Shown here one piece after another: positions 45,093 to 60,035 of a stretch of DNA of 64,000 nt. Source of the DNA: the human T2T-CHM13v2.0 reference genome, Homo sapiens; the NCBI RefSeq assembly GCF_009914755.1, contig NC_060928.1; one strand, given 5' to 3'. The notes under the pieces were generated by a model. The model saw nothing but the letters and a program-made list of their open reading frames with translations, did not search any database and was not told the DNA's origin. Positions within the stretch are counted from its first letter, which is position 1. Every line of letters begins with the position of its first letter. Position numbers and translations under genes: made by a program.

Positions 45093-48000
45093 TAACTCAG
45101 TTGTGTTTTTTGTTTTTTTGTTTTGTTTTGTTTTGGTTTGGTTTGGTTTTTTATTTTAAAGGCACACATCAGTAAGTAACAAGGAAATAGTAACTGGCTG
45201 TCCATGCAGAACACATCTGTGCCAGTCACGGAAACATGGGAGAATGTCTGGGCAATGGCCTGGTGAATTAATAGCTGAGGCCAGGCTGGGCTCTGACTGA
45301 CAGCCTCGTCTGTCTCCCAGGCTCTGCTGGCCCAAATGTCTTCCATGTGGTCCTCAAGAGCCTCCCATTGTGTCACTCCTATGACTAGATGGCTCCAAAC
45401 GGTCCCCCAGGCTCAGGATCCAGCTCAAGCCTGCTGGCCAGGCAAACAAAGCCCTAACCATCTGCATCCACGGCCTCTGAACACTCACTCTCCCCCACCG
45501 GGTCCACACCAACTCTCAGGCCACCTAGGTGTGGGTTCTGTCTCCGCACCTGCCTCTGCCCAGAGGGCCCGGCCTGGGTCTGCACACTCTCTCCTCAGCT
45601 CACAAGTCTCTCCCATCACCTGCTGCAGGGCACCCAAGCTCTTGTGCTTCCCTCTGACATGGCCACCCTGGCCTCACAGGGCTGGCATCAGACTTGTTCC
45701 CATCCAATTGTTCATTCATTCAACAAATATTCATTGAGCCTCCCCTCTGTATGGAGGATGCTGTTCTCAGCACTGGGAACACAAAACAGACAGAAATCCC
45801 TATCAGCCTTGAGCTCACATTCTCTGAATTTTCATTCCTTAGGAGCAAGGACCGTGTCTTAGTCATCTTTGTGCTCCTAGGACCAACCACAGGTACTAAG
45901 CAGGTGCTCAGAGAATAGCGAGTGCAGAAGTGAAAATTAGGCCTGATCTCCACTGCTAAGCAGCTTTCTGAAGATGTCCTGGGTTGGGTAACACATACCT
46001 GCTAACTGGACTCTCGTGTACCCCCAAGTTGAATAGCAGCTGGAGTGGACTGATATGATGGCTGTGGTGCGTCTGTTTCAGACCAAGAGCAGGGCAACTG
46101 CATTTCCTGGTGAGATGCCCCAGGAGGCAATTTACCTACAGTCTTGAAGGCTGGCTCATGCCCAGAACATTTTCCTAGCGCAGAAGAGTCACCATTTTGC
46201 ATTCCTTTCTTCCTAAGCAAATGAGGACTTCAAGCCTCAGCCTCAGGGCTCCAGGAAACACATATACTCATTACTGTTCCCCACAGTCCTTCGAGATACA
46301 CAGGACACCACTTGGAATCGGAATGCTTTGTGTGGGCACGGACTCTGCGCCGGGCGCATCCTCCTTTTCAAGGTGGCAGGAGCCAATTTCTTTCACTTTT
46401 TCACCCAGTTCCATTCACCAGCATTTCCTGGTGCGCTCCCCTTGTGGGAAACAGGAGCAGAGGAAGAAGGGAGGATGCAGGCTGAGCCTGCAGGAGCCCC
46501 AATAAACGGCAGCCCTGCGTTCTTGTTTATTGTTACTTGTTTATCACTGTGCCTCCAACTCCCACCCGCACACCCATCACACCCGAGGCTGCAAGGCCCA
46601 GGCAGCCAGGACCTCGTCTGCCAGCATGACCACAGCATCCTCAGGCCTGGCCTAGAAGAAGCCCCCGTTTTATTTATAAATGGACAGATGGACATCCACG
46701 CACAGGCATGTAGAAAAAAGGAGGAGTATTTTCTAGCCAGGGCATGGGGACTGGGTGTGGTGAGACGGGGAGGAGTCAAGAAAGACATCTGAGTTTCTGG
46801 CCCAGGTGCCAAGGTGGTGCCACGGATGCTTTAGGTTTGCAGGGGGGTGGCGGGAGTTGAATTCCAAGAGGCCGTGTAACCCGCAAGAACACACCCCCAG
46901 GAAACAGTGGCCGGGTTTGCACTGACTTCGGCCACAGCCTTAGAGAAGGGCCACTGGGGCTGGACAGCTGGGCAGGACTGAGCTGAATGCTTTGTCGGGT
47001 CTTTTTAAAATAAGTAAGCTTTTTAACTACATACAATTAAATTAAAATGAGTGATTTTAATAAAAGTAAAATCACGCTAATCAAATAAAAAATGTGAGAG
47101 TTTCAGAAGAGAAGACACAATAAGTGTTTACTCTCCCCACAGGCCAACACTAAGGGCTTTCTCCCAGGAGGAAGAGACAAGCGGAGAAGAACTGCTTGGC
47201 CCAGGCCCACCCAGGCCACCCACAGCTGACCCTCGCCATCTGTCGTAGGAGAAACCTCACCAGATCCAGGTGAGAAAGTGGAGTCCCAGTGAAATCTAGG
47301 GATGTGGTCCGAGACCAGCGAGTAAGAAATACTGAATTTGGGACCTGAAACCAACTCGCACTCGAAATCCCAGTTTGCTACACACGTGGTCAAGATAGAA
47401 AGGATGTCCATTTCATCTCTCTTCTGAAGATTAAAGAAATAGGGCAAAAAGTTCCTAATTTAACATTCAATATTTATATTGGCTCATAAAGTCCAAAGTA
47501 TATCAAGTTCCCTTTCTCCCTGCAGGGTTTTTTTCTTCTGATCTGGCCAGGGCCCTGCACCTCTTGACCCCCCACCAGCACAGAGCAGCCCTCCTTTGCT
47601 ACCGGGCTGGGGAAGATGAGGCCTAACGCTTCTCGCCCAGGCTCGAAAGCATCTCAGCAACTGCATCAGGCTGATGGTCAAGATCCTAGAAGGCTGCCCC
47701 AGTGACCTCTCCCTTCCAACTCCCAGCTCTCCCCACCCATGGCCCACCCTCCAGCTGGGCTTCTCCTCCTGCCTCTGCTCTGCACCTTCCACTGCCCCTG
47801 CTTACCAGGAACGTCACCCGCCAATTCCAAATCTCCCCTTGCCTAAATCTCACATCCTCCAAGGTCAATTACACACTCATTCTTCCAAGAAACACGCCTA
47901 CAAGTTTGTGGAGCGCCTGCCATATGCCAAGCTCTGGGGAAGAAAGTGAATGATACAGGTAGTGCCCCCTTCGGCTACTTCCCCACAGCACAGAACATTC

Positions 48001-49864
48001 TCCTCCATCAGAGAGAGAGAGAGAGAGAAGAAAGTGCTGGCACAGGCCCCATGCTTTGGGCTTATGTATATTAGCTCAGTAATCTTCATAATTCTTTGAA
48101 GGAGGTGCCAGCTTCCCTCCCACCCAACCTCCCAGTACAGAGAAGGAGAAACACCTCAGAGAAAGCAAGCAGACTGCGGAGACCAGGGGCTGAGGTTGGC
48201 CCCCGGTGTCAGCTTCTAACTAAAAGCCTTACTGTGCAGCGGGCTTCTCAAGGACAGTGTCCACGGTTCATCCACCTCTACGTCCCCAGGGCCCTGTCCG
48301 GGGCCTGACACAGCAGGTACACAGCCCTGTTTGCTGAACTGAGTGGTTTCCGCATCCAGGAATAGACACCCGCTTCTTAATCCCTGCCTCGGAGGCAGCT
48401 CCCACGGCGCTCAACGGACTCCTGACCTTCATGAACAGACCACGGGGCCGGCAGCACCTGCATCAGCGTCTGTCTGGCTTCCTCTTCAAAACCCAACAGA
48501 CTCCATCTGGGCCCCAGAAAACTGCCCTGATGCTACAGGTAGGAAGAAAAATCTTTTAAAAGCACGTTAAAAGGCAGGCCTCTAAAATCAGCTTCCTAGA
48601 CCATGGCGGGAAGAAGAAAACAGGCAAGAAATTTCCGCATCCCAGCTTCAAGCTCCTCCACTTGAGCAAGACAGTAATAATGTCTGCCACCGGAAGACAC
48701 CCAGTGCAACACCTGAAGCAGTCAGCGTTGAGTGTGCCCAGGTGACACACATTTACAACCCCACCAGTGGGTCCCTGTCATCCACCAAAAGCAAAACACC
48801 TGGTGAAGGCTGCTGGGGATGGCAGCTCTTTCTCCCCAAGCTTTGGCTTCTATGTGACCTTGTGCAGCGCCCCCGCCATACCTTCCCCAGTCTCCCACTG
48901 TCTCCAGGCTGTGGCCCAAGTACTCTGGTCTGGCATTCAAGCTCCTGAGCTTGTCTCCTGCTGCCCTCCCAACTGTGACACGGCCATAGCACCCTACATG
49001 CCAAAAATGAAAACAATGGCCACCATGTCTATGTTCCATACAGGACCTCATTTAATCCTCTCCACAACCCTATGAAGTTACTTCTGTAATTATTCCCACT
49101 TTCCCTACGGAAAAACTAAGGCTTAAGAAGTGTCTGCAACTTTCTCAAGATCTCAAGCCCAGCAATAGCAGGGCCAAGATGAAAGATGAGATCAGACTCC
49201 CATGTTCTTCCTCACTGCACCACAAAATACTGCCTCCAAATCCCCAAATGCTCAGCGCCCTCTCTGAGGTGCCTCCATGCCTCTGCCCAAGCTGTTCTCT
49301 CTGCCCAGAAGGCCCTCTGCTTGCTTACCCACCATTCTCACCACCCCAGACCTGGCCAACTCTAGCCTCAATGTCACCTCCCCTAAGTCTTCCTAGAGCT
49401 TCCCATGCCCCACCTAGTTGCACTCACAGCACTGTGACCTTCACAGCCGCATTTAAGCTCAGAGTCCTCCAGTCCTCCTGGCTGGAACCACCTGTTCTCC
49501 TGTCTGCTGTTCAAGTTCTTTGAAACTTAGAGTTGAAGGTGGATCTCAATAGCCATTGAAGCTGGACGGCAAAGTGGCTAAGGGTATGGAGTGAGACCTT
49601 AGGCCAGTGAGTCCTTCCACTTGTCTAGATCTGTTTCTTTACCTGTAAAATGAGATTATCCAATAACCATACCAAACTCATAGTGTTGTTATGAGAATTA
49701 AACAAGACAATATAAGTAAAAGCAGTGAGCACAGTGCCAGGTACATGACATTGACCTTCCCTGAACATTAGCTGCTGTTGTTATGATGACTTTTACTTGG
49801 TAACCACTACGGGGCTCGCCACTATGCCTGATACACTGTTACCACTTAATAAAGGTCTCAGGGT

Positions 49865-50012
49865 TGGAAAGGAGAAAGGAAGCAGGCGAAGGAGGAAGGA
49901 AGGGAGGGAAGAAGAAAGAGACAGGGGAAGGAAGAAGGGAGAGAGGAAGGAAGAGAGGGAGGGTGGGAAAAGAGGAGACAGAGAGAGAGTGAGAGAGAGC
50001 AGGGAGGGAGGA
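49865..50012. repeat. GA-rich polypurine low-complexity tract
   Basis: About 150 nt of almost pure A/G. Confidence 0.85.
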
Positions 50013-50473
50013 AGTCAAATCAACTCGGAATAAAACTATCTAACCAGCAAACGCTGCTCTAAATGGGAGTAAAAAGGTGAAATTTCTTCCACTTGAGGCC
50101 ATGACCTCCCACTGGGACTCTGATCAAGAGTCCTCACTCACTCATCCAAGCCTTCCTTTCTTCCTCTTTGGTGGAGGCTGCATTACCTAAGCCTGTAGCC
50201 CCAGCTCCTAGAACCGCCCTCACCCAGCCCCACCACCAACTGGCTGGGGAGCTGCCTGCTGCTCTGCATCCTATGATCAGAGATAAGGCCTGGCATTGGA
50301 AGAGTTTGTGTCCGCACGAATAAAAGGCAGGCAGTCTCTAAGAGAAAACCCGACCTCTGATCCTGATGCCGGGGAATATTTATGTGACCCTTTAACCCCT
50401 ATATTTAAACACTAGTTCTTTGATCCCAATACTCAACACTTCACTCTTGCAGCAGATCTTTGCAATATTCTCA

Positions 50474-50814
<341 letters not shown>

Positions 50815-53800
50815 GAAGTGGGCATCCCTTAGCCCCAATTCTAGGAAACCCACATCACCTTCCTGTTAACCTGAGCTCAGTCTGTTTTTCTGTGACCAGC
50901 CCCACCCATGCACATCCCCCTCCCCTACCTGCCTGAAGACTACACAGGCAGATTCACACTTGCCAGCCAAGGCTTCAAAATCAAGCTCTACCAGACTCTC
51001 CTGGCATCCAGCTCACCAGAGGCCAACACCTGCTCACCATTCGACAGCACCCTGATTCCTACTCAGAGGCCCCAACGTCCCTGCCTCTCAGCCTCAGCTC
51101 CAGGGGTCTTCCCCGAGCCTGGCCTCCTTCACACAGGCCTTGGTCACAGGCAGATCTGGGTGAGAAGAGGAGCCACGCTGAGCATCAGGAGCCCTGGGAT
51201 TTGAAGCCCCTTCTTCTCTCCACAGCCTTGTGACCCTGGCCCTCTCTAGGCTTCAATTTCATGTTTTGAAAAATGAGCACTGGAGCCAACGGTGTTTCCC
51301 AAACCTCAGTCATCAGTTGCCGCCGCTGTGACTTCTGCATAAAATGCATGGTTCTTCTTTTCTTAAAATTAGCTTTCCGGAGGTGTAATTTGCGCTGTAA
51401 GAGGGTGCACCTCAGACAGCCCTGACAATCTGGAGAGAGAACGTTTTGTGGAAGGCCATCATGTTCCCGTGTGCCCCTCGGCACCTTACCTTTATGTGCT
51501 TAGTACTTTTCTTTAACACTACTGACTTTTGAAAAACCTGTACACTACTTCAGCCTTATTCTAAGCAAAAATATCCCCCAAATCATAGGCTTCAGGTGCT
51601 ATATTTTATAACTATAAGATACAGTTATATTTTCCCTAATGCACACTAAAGTATTATTAAAATAAATTATGTTTGGCTACTGTCACCTAAAATCTCACAT
51701 CGCAACACTGGTGAGCACTCTCACTGAGAAATGCGGAACCAGCTACCCGCTCCCTGAGGCCCCTTTTGGCTGGGAAAGTCTGGATCCTGCCTCTTACTTG
51801 TCACAGAGTCTGCCCAGGTCTTGTATGCGGCAGATGTTTACTAAATACTGGCTGCTGAACCAGAGTGAGAGTTCAAGGCCATCTCTGCAGCCCCCAGACC
51901 ATGCCTGGCTGACTGCATCCTGCTGCCTATGGTGAGAAGGCACAGGCTTGTGTCCTGCAGAGCTGATAAACCCTGCACTCAGGGAGACACTGACCCTCGC
52001 AGGAGGGAAGACAGAGCGGAGCTGGACACAGGCGGAGGCTGAAGAAACAAGCAAATCACTGGACGTGCAGAGAGGCTGCACTGGGGAGAGTTGCTCCTAT
52101 TTTAGGCCATTGAACTACTTTAATAATTCGGTCATTTTCACATCAAAACCATTGCAAGGAAAACCCCCTAGGATGTTAAATCTGCATGCCCAGAAAGGAT
52201 TTACCACAAAGAGCGTGAAGAGAGTGGTCCCCTTCCAAGTCCCCATTTCACAACAAGCTAAAAACCGAACAGAAGCCTTTAGTTCCCTGAGTGATTGGAC
52301 AAGGAATTTGTCAGATGTCTATAGTCCTTTAAAAAAAAAAAAAAGCAGGGGGGATATAAAAGGAAGAGGATGCATTTCAGCCTTGAAAAAGGCAATACCG
52401 AAAAGGCAGACACCAAGAAACTTAGCAAGGCTTCCAAGAGCCCAACACGCACAGCCCACTGCACGCAGGGACTGTGCCCAACTCTGCAGCCCTGGCAAAT
52501 GGAATTCTTTTCAATCCGGCCCGCTGAACCCCTCTTTCAGTTTACTTACTACCCAGCCCACTCCTAACTCCCCACCCCCAGCCATCATGAACTACAGACA
52601 GCACCCTAAACATCCTGTTCTGCCTTTGTATCCAGTGGACAGTCCTTCCTTCCTCCTCCACTTGGGAAGCTCCTATTCATTCCTCGAAGGCCTATTCATC
52701 CATCGCCTCCCACAGGAAGCCCCCTGAGACCCTCTCACTCCACAAACCAACACAGAGCACGCAGGGAAAGGTGCGGGGTAGGGTGGGGGGTCTTAGCTGG
52801 GGTGGAGCCTGAGCCTCAGAGGCTTCCTTCCTTGTCCTGTGGATAAAGGAATTTAAAGCTCATTCCCGAGCAGTGGGAAGACAGTCGGGAGATGCCAGCC
52901 CAGCCTGCTGGGAAGATACTTCTGGTGACAGTGTTGGGGTGTGCTGAAATTGGATCTGTGACAATGCAGTTGACTCTCCGCTATCAAAAGGCCTACACAT
53001 GAATGCCTGGCTGGAGCTTCCCTCCGCAGTGACCCTGGTGTGCCCACGAGGAGGACGAATGCTCCTCCTAAGGAGGAAACAACATTCCCTCCTCTGCGCT
53101 CAACGCCTTTTAATACCAGCAACCACCACTCAACCACCACCACCGCGAATGTTTACCCAGCCCTTATCCTGCGTCAGCTCTGCTCCAAGCACTTTATATT
53201 TAACCCTCAAGAGAACCCTAAAACATAGGTATTCTAGAGATTTAAAAAGTATGGAAAGGCTAAAACACTTGTCCAAAAGTGCACAGCTACTAAGCGGGAC
53301 TCAAATCCAGACAGTTTGGTTCCAGGGTGGGTTATGGTGGTTGGAAAAATGACAGCAAACTCCTAACTGGCTCTGAAAACTTCTAAACGCCCAGCGCTGC
53401 TACCTGATTTCCCCTAAAGAACTCACGGAGGATTTACGCGCATATTCAGCTGCAGGGACATGCACGGATGTGCTGTTTACAACAAGGAAAATAAGCAGCC
53501 AACTAAATATTTGCTAAATATTCACCAACAACTGTATGTCCCATGGCACATTTATAGAACGGGATATTATAGTGTCCTTTAAGCTGAAGCTCTATCATCT
53601 CAAATTTTGCTCTGAAGGCCTGTGTATCCTGATTCCCAAGTGTGCTTGCTAACATGCAGCCTTCCTGGGTCCTGCCCTAGACCTCATGAATGGCACTCTC
53701 TAGAGGTGGGGCCTGGCAATCTTAAGTTTGCACATACATTTTTCTGTGCGGTAATGTGTGAGAACCGCTGCTGGGGATGAATATCTACTGCCACGGAAAG

Positions 53801-54756
53801 GGTCAGCTCTGTGACTTCTGTCCGTGGTGGGTTCCTCAGTGCGTAGAACAGTGCCCAGCACAATAATGGATCTTCAAGAAATATTTGGTGATCCAGAAAA
53901 CCCATCCATCAACAAACTATTCTGAAATAATCTGTTGGCATTTCTAAATACCTGACCCATCTGTGTGTTTCTTGGGAGCAGAGACCGGGAACATCTTCTC
54001 ACCGTACCACGCCCGGCACAGAGCCAGCCAGCCACGCGCAAAGCCAGCCCTCGGAAGTGGCCCGCCAACACAGGAACAAGCGAATGCCACTGTATCACAC
54101 TGATCCTAAGTTAACGTTTCTGAAATCAAGATTCATCTCACATTCAATGCCCCATCATCATTTAATGAATAGCACTTTTTCCCATTTCTTTAGTGGTACA
54201 AAAATAATGATGCATGTCCCAATTGACAGCAGCTTAGATTTAATAAAATACGGTACCTAACAGAGTCCAGAATTCTGATTTAAAAGTTTAAATTAGCTGC
54301 CAACACAGCTAACAGATTGTTGTGCATTTCCTTTCTTATAATTTGCAGAAATAAATCCAGAGCCATCTGTTCTGAGCGTTCGGCTTCAGCCCCCAGTCAT
54401 CCTGGTGACCCAGGGCTTAGCTACTGAGATGCAACTCAAAGATCTGATGCATGTGGAAGGCTTTCATCTGTCTTCACCCAGGAAATGTCTGACAGCATCC
54501 GCTGAGATGTGGGAGCTAAAATATCTCCTTCATTGAAGGCTGTAGGATGTACAAGAAAGGTCAGTTCTGGGCTAGACCTTGGTTACATCCCAGCTCCACT
54601 GTCCCCAGATGTCTGGTCTTGGGAATCTCATGGCCACACCTGGCACATGGACATGGTCTGCCCATGATAGGTGTTGGTCACGTTACAATTGTTCAGTAGA
54701 CCCACACCCCATTGGCCAACAGCCACAGCCCTGAATTTTCTATAACAAGTTCCATG

Positions 54757-55120
54757 GCTAGTGGTTTGAATGCGTCCCTCAAAGTTCACTGTTAATCCCC
54801 AATGCACCAGTGTAAAGAGGGGGGACCTTTAAGGGGTGATTGGGTCATGAGGGCTCTAACCTCATGAATGGATTAATGCCATTATTGCCGGAGTGGATTC
54901 CTGATAAAAAGCTGAGTTCAGCCCCCTTCTCAGCTCTCTCTCTGGAACTCTCTTGCCCTGCTGCCTTCTGCCATGAGATGTGGCAAGAAGGCCCTTGCCA
55001 GATGCAGGTCCCTCCACCATGGACTTCCCAGCCTCCAGAACTGTAAGAAACGCATTTATTTTCTTTATAAACTACCCAGGTGGTGATATTGTGTTATAGC
55101 AACACAAAATGGACTAAGAC
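54757..55120 (+). mobile_element. MST-type MaLR LTR
   Basis: ggtttgaatgcgtccctcaaagttca...atggacttcccagcctccagaactgtaagaa...aatggactaagac. Confidence 0.8.
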
Positions 55121-56539
55121 GAGTGCACCTGGGCAGGTTACTCCCTCTGCAAAAAGGCGCACGGGATGGGAAGCTGGCGCACAACACAGGGTTGTCCCAA
55201 GAACCAAATGAGATTAAATTGAAAGCTCTCTGAAAAGCAGCAATTTCTATGGTAATTCAGGTAATTTGTGATATTTAGGAAGCTACAAATTATAGATATA
55301 AGAATCTTCAAATTTTCAAATCAAACTTCAGCGTACACTTTCCGTAACACCTTTTTTGACTAAGAATCCATCATTTTCCTAACTTTTTCATAAGCCACTG
55401 GCACAGACCATCACAACTCAGAACCGGGATCTCCGAGCTACAATCCCACCAGAATCCCAGCTCAGCCATCTTCCCCAGCGTAGCCCTGGACATGCTACCT
55501 AACCCCTGCTTTCTCCTGTTTAAACTGGTGCCAGTTGTCTGTGGTTTCACATTCACTGAGCAGGTTAGATATGCCTCTCCGTAAACACCAGCCATGAAGC
55601 AGCACACCCAGTAGGGTGTGAGTGAGGGACCGTAGAGTCGAGAATTCTGATGAAAAAACTTAAATTAGATGCCAACACAGCTAACAGATTGTTGTCTATT
55701 TCCTTTCCTTGGGCTCTGTTAGAACCAAGGGTGTCTTGCTTTGCATCAGCAGCACTAACTCCTGATGCAACAGCTTTCTTTCTATGGATCACTTCATTCT
55801 CCCAAAGAACACAGCTTCTACAACTTCAGAAGAGTTATCTGGGCCACATTTCCAGGGCTATGTGCTATGAGGTAGGGCTCAAGCTGTCGGCCAGCGCCGT
55901 CCCTCTCCCTGTGTGAGACGCTGGTCAAGTTACTCCTGCTCTCTCTACCTCCTCTCCTGACCTGGAACGCAAGGATGGGGAGAACGGATCGCCTCACAGT
56001 GTGGAGGGCAGACCATGCTGTAGGTCATGCAGTGCACGCTCCATACATCCCAACTTTGCCCTGCGGATACTACATGCTTCTCACCAGGGGTCACAAGCTC
56101 AGCTATGAAGCACTTGAAAGCCCAGAACCTAACATCATAGGGATGGTAGTGGGATGGGGTGGTGTCTGCCTCCCAGTCTGTATCCATGTAGGAATCTCAG
56201 TGATGGCCACAGGTGAACGTGGCTCCAGGAAGGCTTCCAGAGGCAGGACCCCTGCGATGTTCACCTGGCCACCCACAGCACAGGCCTGGCTGGATGAGAT
56301 GGAGAGCAAATTTTGGAGTAAAATAAAGGGCTGGGGCTTGGGTTTGAAGTCACAGGTGGAACATGATTCACTGGAAAGAAAGGATGAGGTATTCCAGAGG
56401 GCCTGCGGGAGTGGTCAACTCCATCCCATAGGGCCATTTCTCCACCCCCCACCCCCACCAGCCCCAGCTAGTAGTCATCATTTCCACAAAGGAAGTCCAT
56501 CTTTTTAGGTTAGGAAAGAAAATTTGGTTTGAAAATTTA

Positions 56540-56933
<394 letters not shown>

Positions 56934-58630
56934 TTAATAAAAAACCACACATAATGGTGAAAAAATAACAGCTGACCAATAAACACTGGATTAACTCTGG
57001 ACAAAAGACTAGCTATTTAGGAACGAATAAAACTGGATAGCCACCTACAGCCTCACAGCAAAACAACTTTCTCATGTGGATTACAAATTTAAATACAAAC
57101 AGAGAAACCACAAATCTGCTAAAAAAAAAAATACTTAAAGACTCTGGAGGAGGAGAGAAAAGGTGTAAGCATCTACAAAAGGCAAAACTTTTAAATCTCT
57201 GTACAGCAAAAGCATCATCATAGAGCAAAAACATCAAACCACAAGTTGGAAGAAAAAAATCTGTGACACATAACAAATCCCAGGTTAATATTCTTAATAG
57301 ATTAAGAGGTTTCAGAAGTCAAAATTGCTTTAAGCAGCATGCAAGTGGAAAAAAAAATAGTGTAAATAATGGAGAAATAATTCTCAAAAGAAGAAACGCA
57401 AATGGCCAATACACAGACAAGATGTTCAGCCTGCCTGGTAACTAAAGAAACAAGAACCAGGATACAAATTTTCACTCATCACATTGGCAAAAATGTTAAA
57501 GATTTGCTGTTGGCAAGGTTCTGGGAAAGTGCTACTCTCATTCACTCTTGGGTACAAACTGGCACATGTTTTCTAGGGTGCCGCTGGGCAATTTCTATTC
57601 AATGTGGACTGCTTTCGCTAATAGCTTCACTCTGAAAATCTATCCTAAGGAAATAATCCACAAAGATGGGCCTGGCAAGAGACTGGTTAAATAAATCATA
57701 GTATATCCAAACCATGGGGGCCTCAGAGATGTTCATCATACCTGCTGTAGGGAAAGTGGGTCACAAACAACATGATCCCATTTTTCATGGAGAAAAGCCC
57801 ACATCAGACACTCACGGACGTCACAACCCTAATGATCAGGATTAAAGCAAGAAGGTGATTTCCTTTTGGGAGTAAGGGAATCAGGCTGTTTGAAGAAAAG
57901 AGAGTTCTTAGAAAGAGAAGGTGGAATGCTCCTAACGAGGACAGGGAAAGTAAAAAAGAACTGAGGAAACAGGAGAGGGTAAGTTCAGGCCAAGAAAACA
58001 GAGAAGAAATTAGGTCAGAGAGAAAAACATCAAGGGCACCCAGCAGGTGAAAGTCAAAATGTCAGGTATGAGATGTAACTGATGGGATTTTTAGAGTCCT
58101 CCCAAATTGCTGGGTGAAGGAAAGTGCCAAAAAGCATAATGTTCTTTCCTCTATACCAGCAACAACCAATTAGTGGATAAAACTGGAAGACGATCCCATT
58201 TATAACCAAATTAAAAGGAGCTAGCAATAAATTACACAGAATGTTCAGGAAAGAGAAGAAAATGTGATTTCTTTATTAAGGACACAGAAGAAAACTGAAG
58301 TGCAAGGCAGACGGGATCACCCTCGAGCCCTCGCTTCCCTCCCGCATGCTGCATGCCCTGCTCCCTGGCCCTAGACCCCTTCCCATTCCCACCTTTTCCC
58401 AAACCCTCCTTTATCCTGGCTCCTGAAGCATCCCTCCCTCCAGGACCCCTCATCATCAGACTCTCAACACGCTTGCTCATCCCCATTCAAACAAAACATC
58501 TCTTCCTGTGTCCCCAACAGGCCAGCCTCCACGCCTCCCTGCCCCTCTACAGTCCTTCCAGATGGTCTCCACCCGTCGTCTGAAGTCTGCACTGCCTCTT
58601 CGCTTTCCTGCGCGGGGGCTTCAGCTCCCG

Positions 58631-59165
58631 CACCTCCACTCACCTCCACTGACTCACTGACCTCCACTCACCTCCCCTGACCAACTGACCTCCACTGACC
58701 TCCCCGACCTCCACTCGCCTACCCTGACCTCCACTAACCTCCCCGATCTCCACTCACCTCCCCGATCTCCACTTATCTCCCCTGACCTCCACTCACCTCC
58801 CTGACCTCCACTCACCTCCCTGACCTCCATTCATCTGCCCTCACCTCCACTCACCTCCCTGACCTCCACGCACCTCCCCAACCTCCACTCACCTCCTCTG
58901 ATCTCCACTCACCTCCTCCGAGCTCCACTCACCTCCTCTGATCTCCACTCATCTCCCCTGATCTCCACTCACCTCCCCTGATCTCCACTCACCTCCCCTG
59001 ATCTCCACTCACCTCCCCTGATCTCCACTCATCTCCCCGATCTCCACTCATCTCCCTGACCTCCACTCACCTCCCCTGACCTCCACTCACCTCCACTCAC
59101 TTCCCCTGACCTCCACTCAGCTCCCTGACCTCCACTGACTTCTATGGCCTCCACTCACCTCCCCT
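58631..59165. repeat. Approx. 20-bp C-rich minisatellite (ctga(c/t)ctccactcacctccc)n
   Basis: More than 25 imperfect units read directly. Confidence 0.95.
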
Positions 59166-60016
59166 AGCCTCCACATTGCAAGACTGAGCCCACTTTTTGT
59201 GGTCCGACCTATCTGGCTGCCCCGTGGGCTTTGGCATAGCTGGCAGGTGTGCTAAAGGAAAGGAAGCTGGCCCAATGGGAAGGTGGGAGAGCCACACCCG
59301 CCTGAACGGGGAGGTCCCCAAAGACTCTGACCAAGAAGTTATGCTGAGCTGAGCTCCAAAGAAGAAAGAAGGCAAACTCAGTGGAAAAAAAAAAAAATAG
59401 AACATTCCAGATGGAGAGAGCTGGTGTACAAGCAAGGAGAAGGAAGGCAAGGAACCCACAGAGGGTCTGGGTCTCCGAGCCTTGGACTCAGGAAGTCCAC
59501 CTTGCTGTCCAAGGGTGACCAGAGCCACCGGGTGCTCTGAGCAGGACTGTGTCCTCATTGGTCCTGGGGTTTGAAAAGGTCCACTCTGGATGCTGGATGC
59601 TGTGTGGAGGAGGAACTGGAGGGCCGGATTAGATGAGGTAGAACCCAGGAGGTTGTCACTGTGTCCCAGAGATAAATGGTGCAAGTTTGGGCTGGGCTCA
59701 TGGTGCAGAGGTGATGAAAAACAAGATATGTTTGAAAGCTTTCTTGCTGGGACACCTGGGAGGACGTGGTGATGTACTGAACATGGGTTCAAGGAATAGG
59801 TGGGATCAAAGTTCCCCACGGTGTCTGCCTCACACCACGGGTACGTGGTGCCTCCTTGATGGAGCCGAGCAGGAAGGAAAGGGGTGGATTGCACAGGCCA
59901 GCCATGAGCTCAGGCTCAGCCATGTCTGGGACGGGGTAGATTATGGGCCAGACGGGGGGCCAAGAGGTCAGCAGGGCCTCAGGGAAGGTCACCAAGGGGC
60001 TGTGAGCTTGGACCTC

Positions 60017-60035
60017 GTCCCACTAGAGGGCAGTG
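60017..60035 (+). promoter_or_regulatory. Candidate CTCF motif
   Basis: gtcCCACTAGAGGGCAGtg matches the CTCF core CCAC(C/T)AG(A/G)GGGC. Confidence 0.4.

Noticed and set aside
51948-52727. 259-aa plus-strand ORF (also 5537-6280 and 59142-59894)
   Set aside because: No homology that I recognise, and no supporting splice or codon pattern. Chance ORFs in GC-rich intron.
58631-59165. CRISPR-like repeat array (also 23327-24875)
   Set aside because: Units are contiguous with no unique spacers, and the context is eukaryotic. These are minisatellites.
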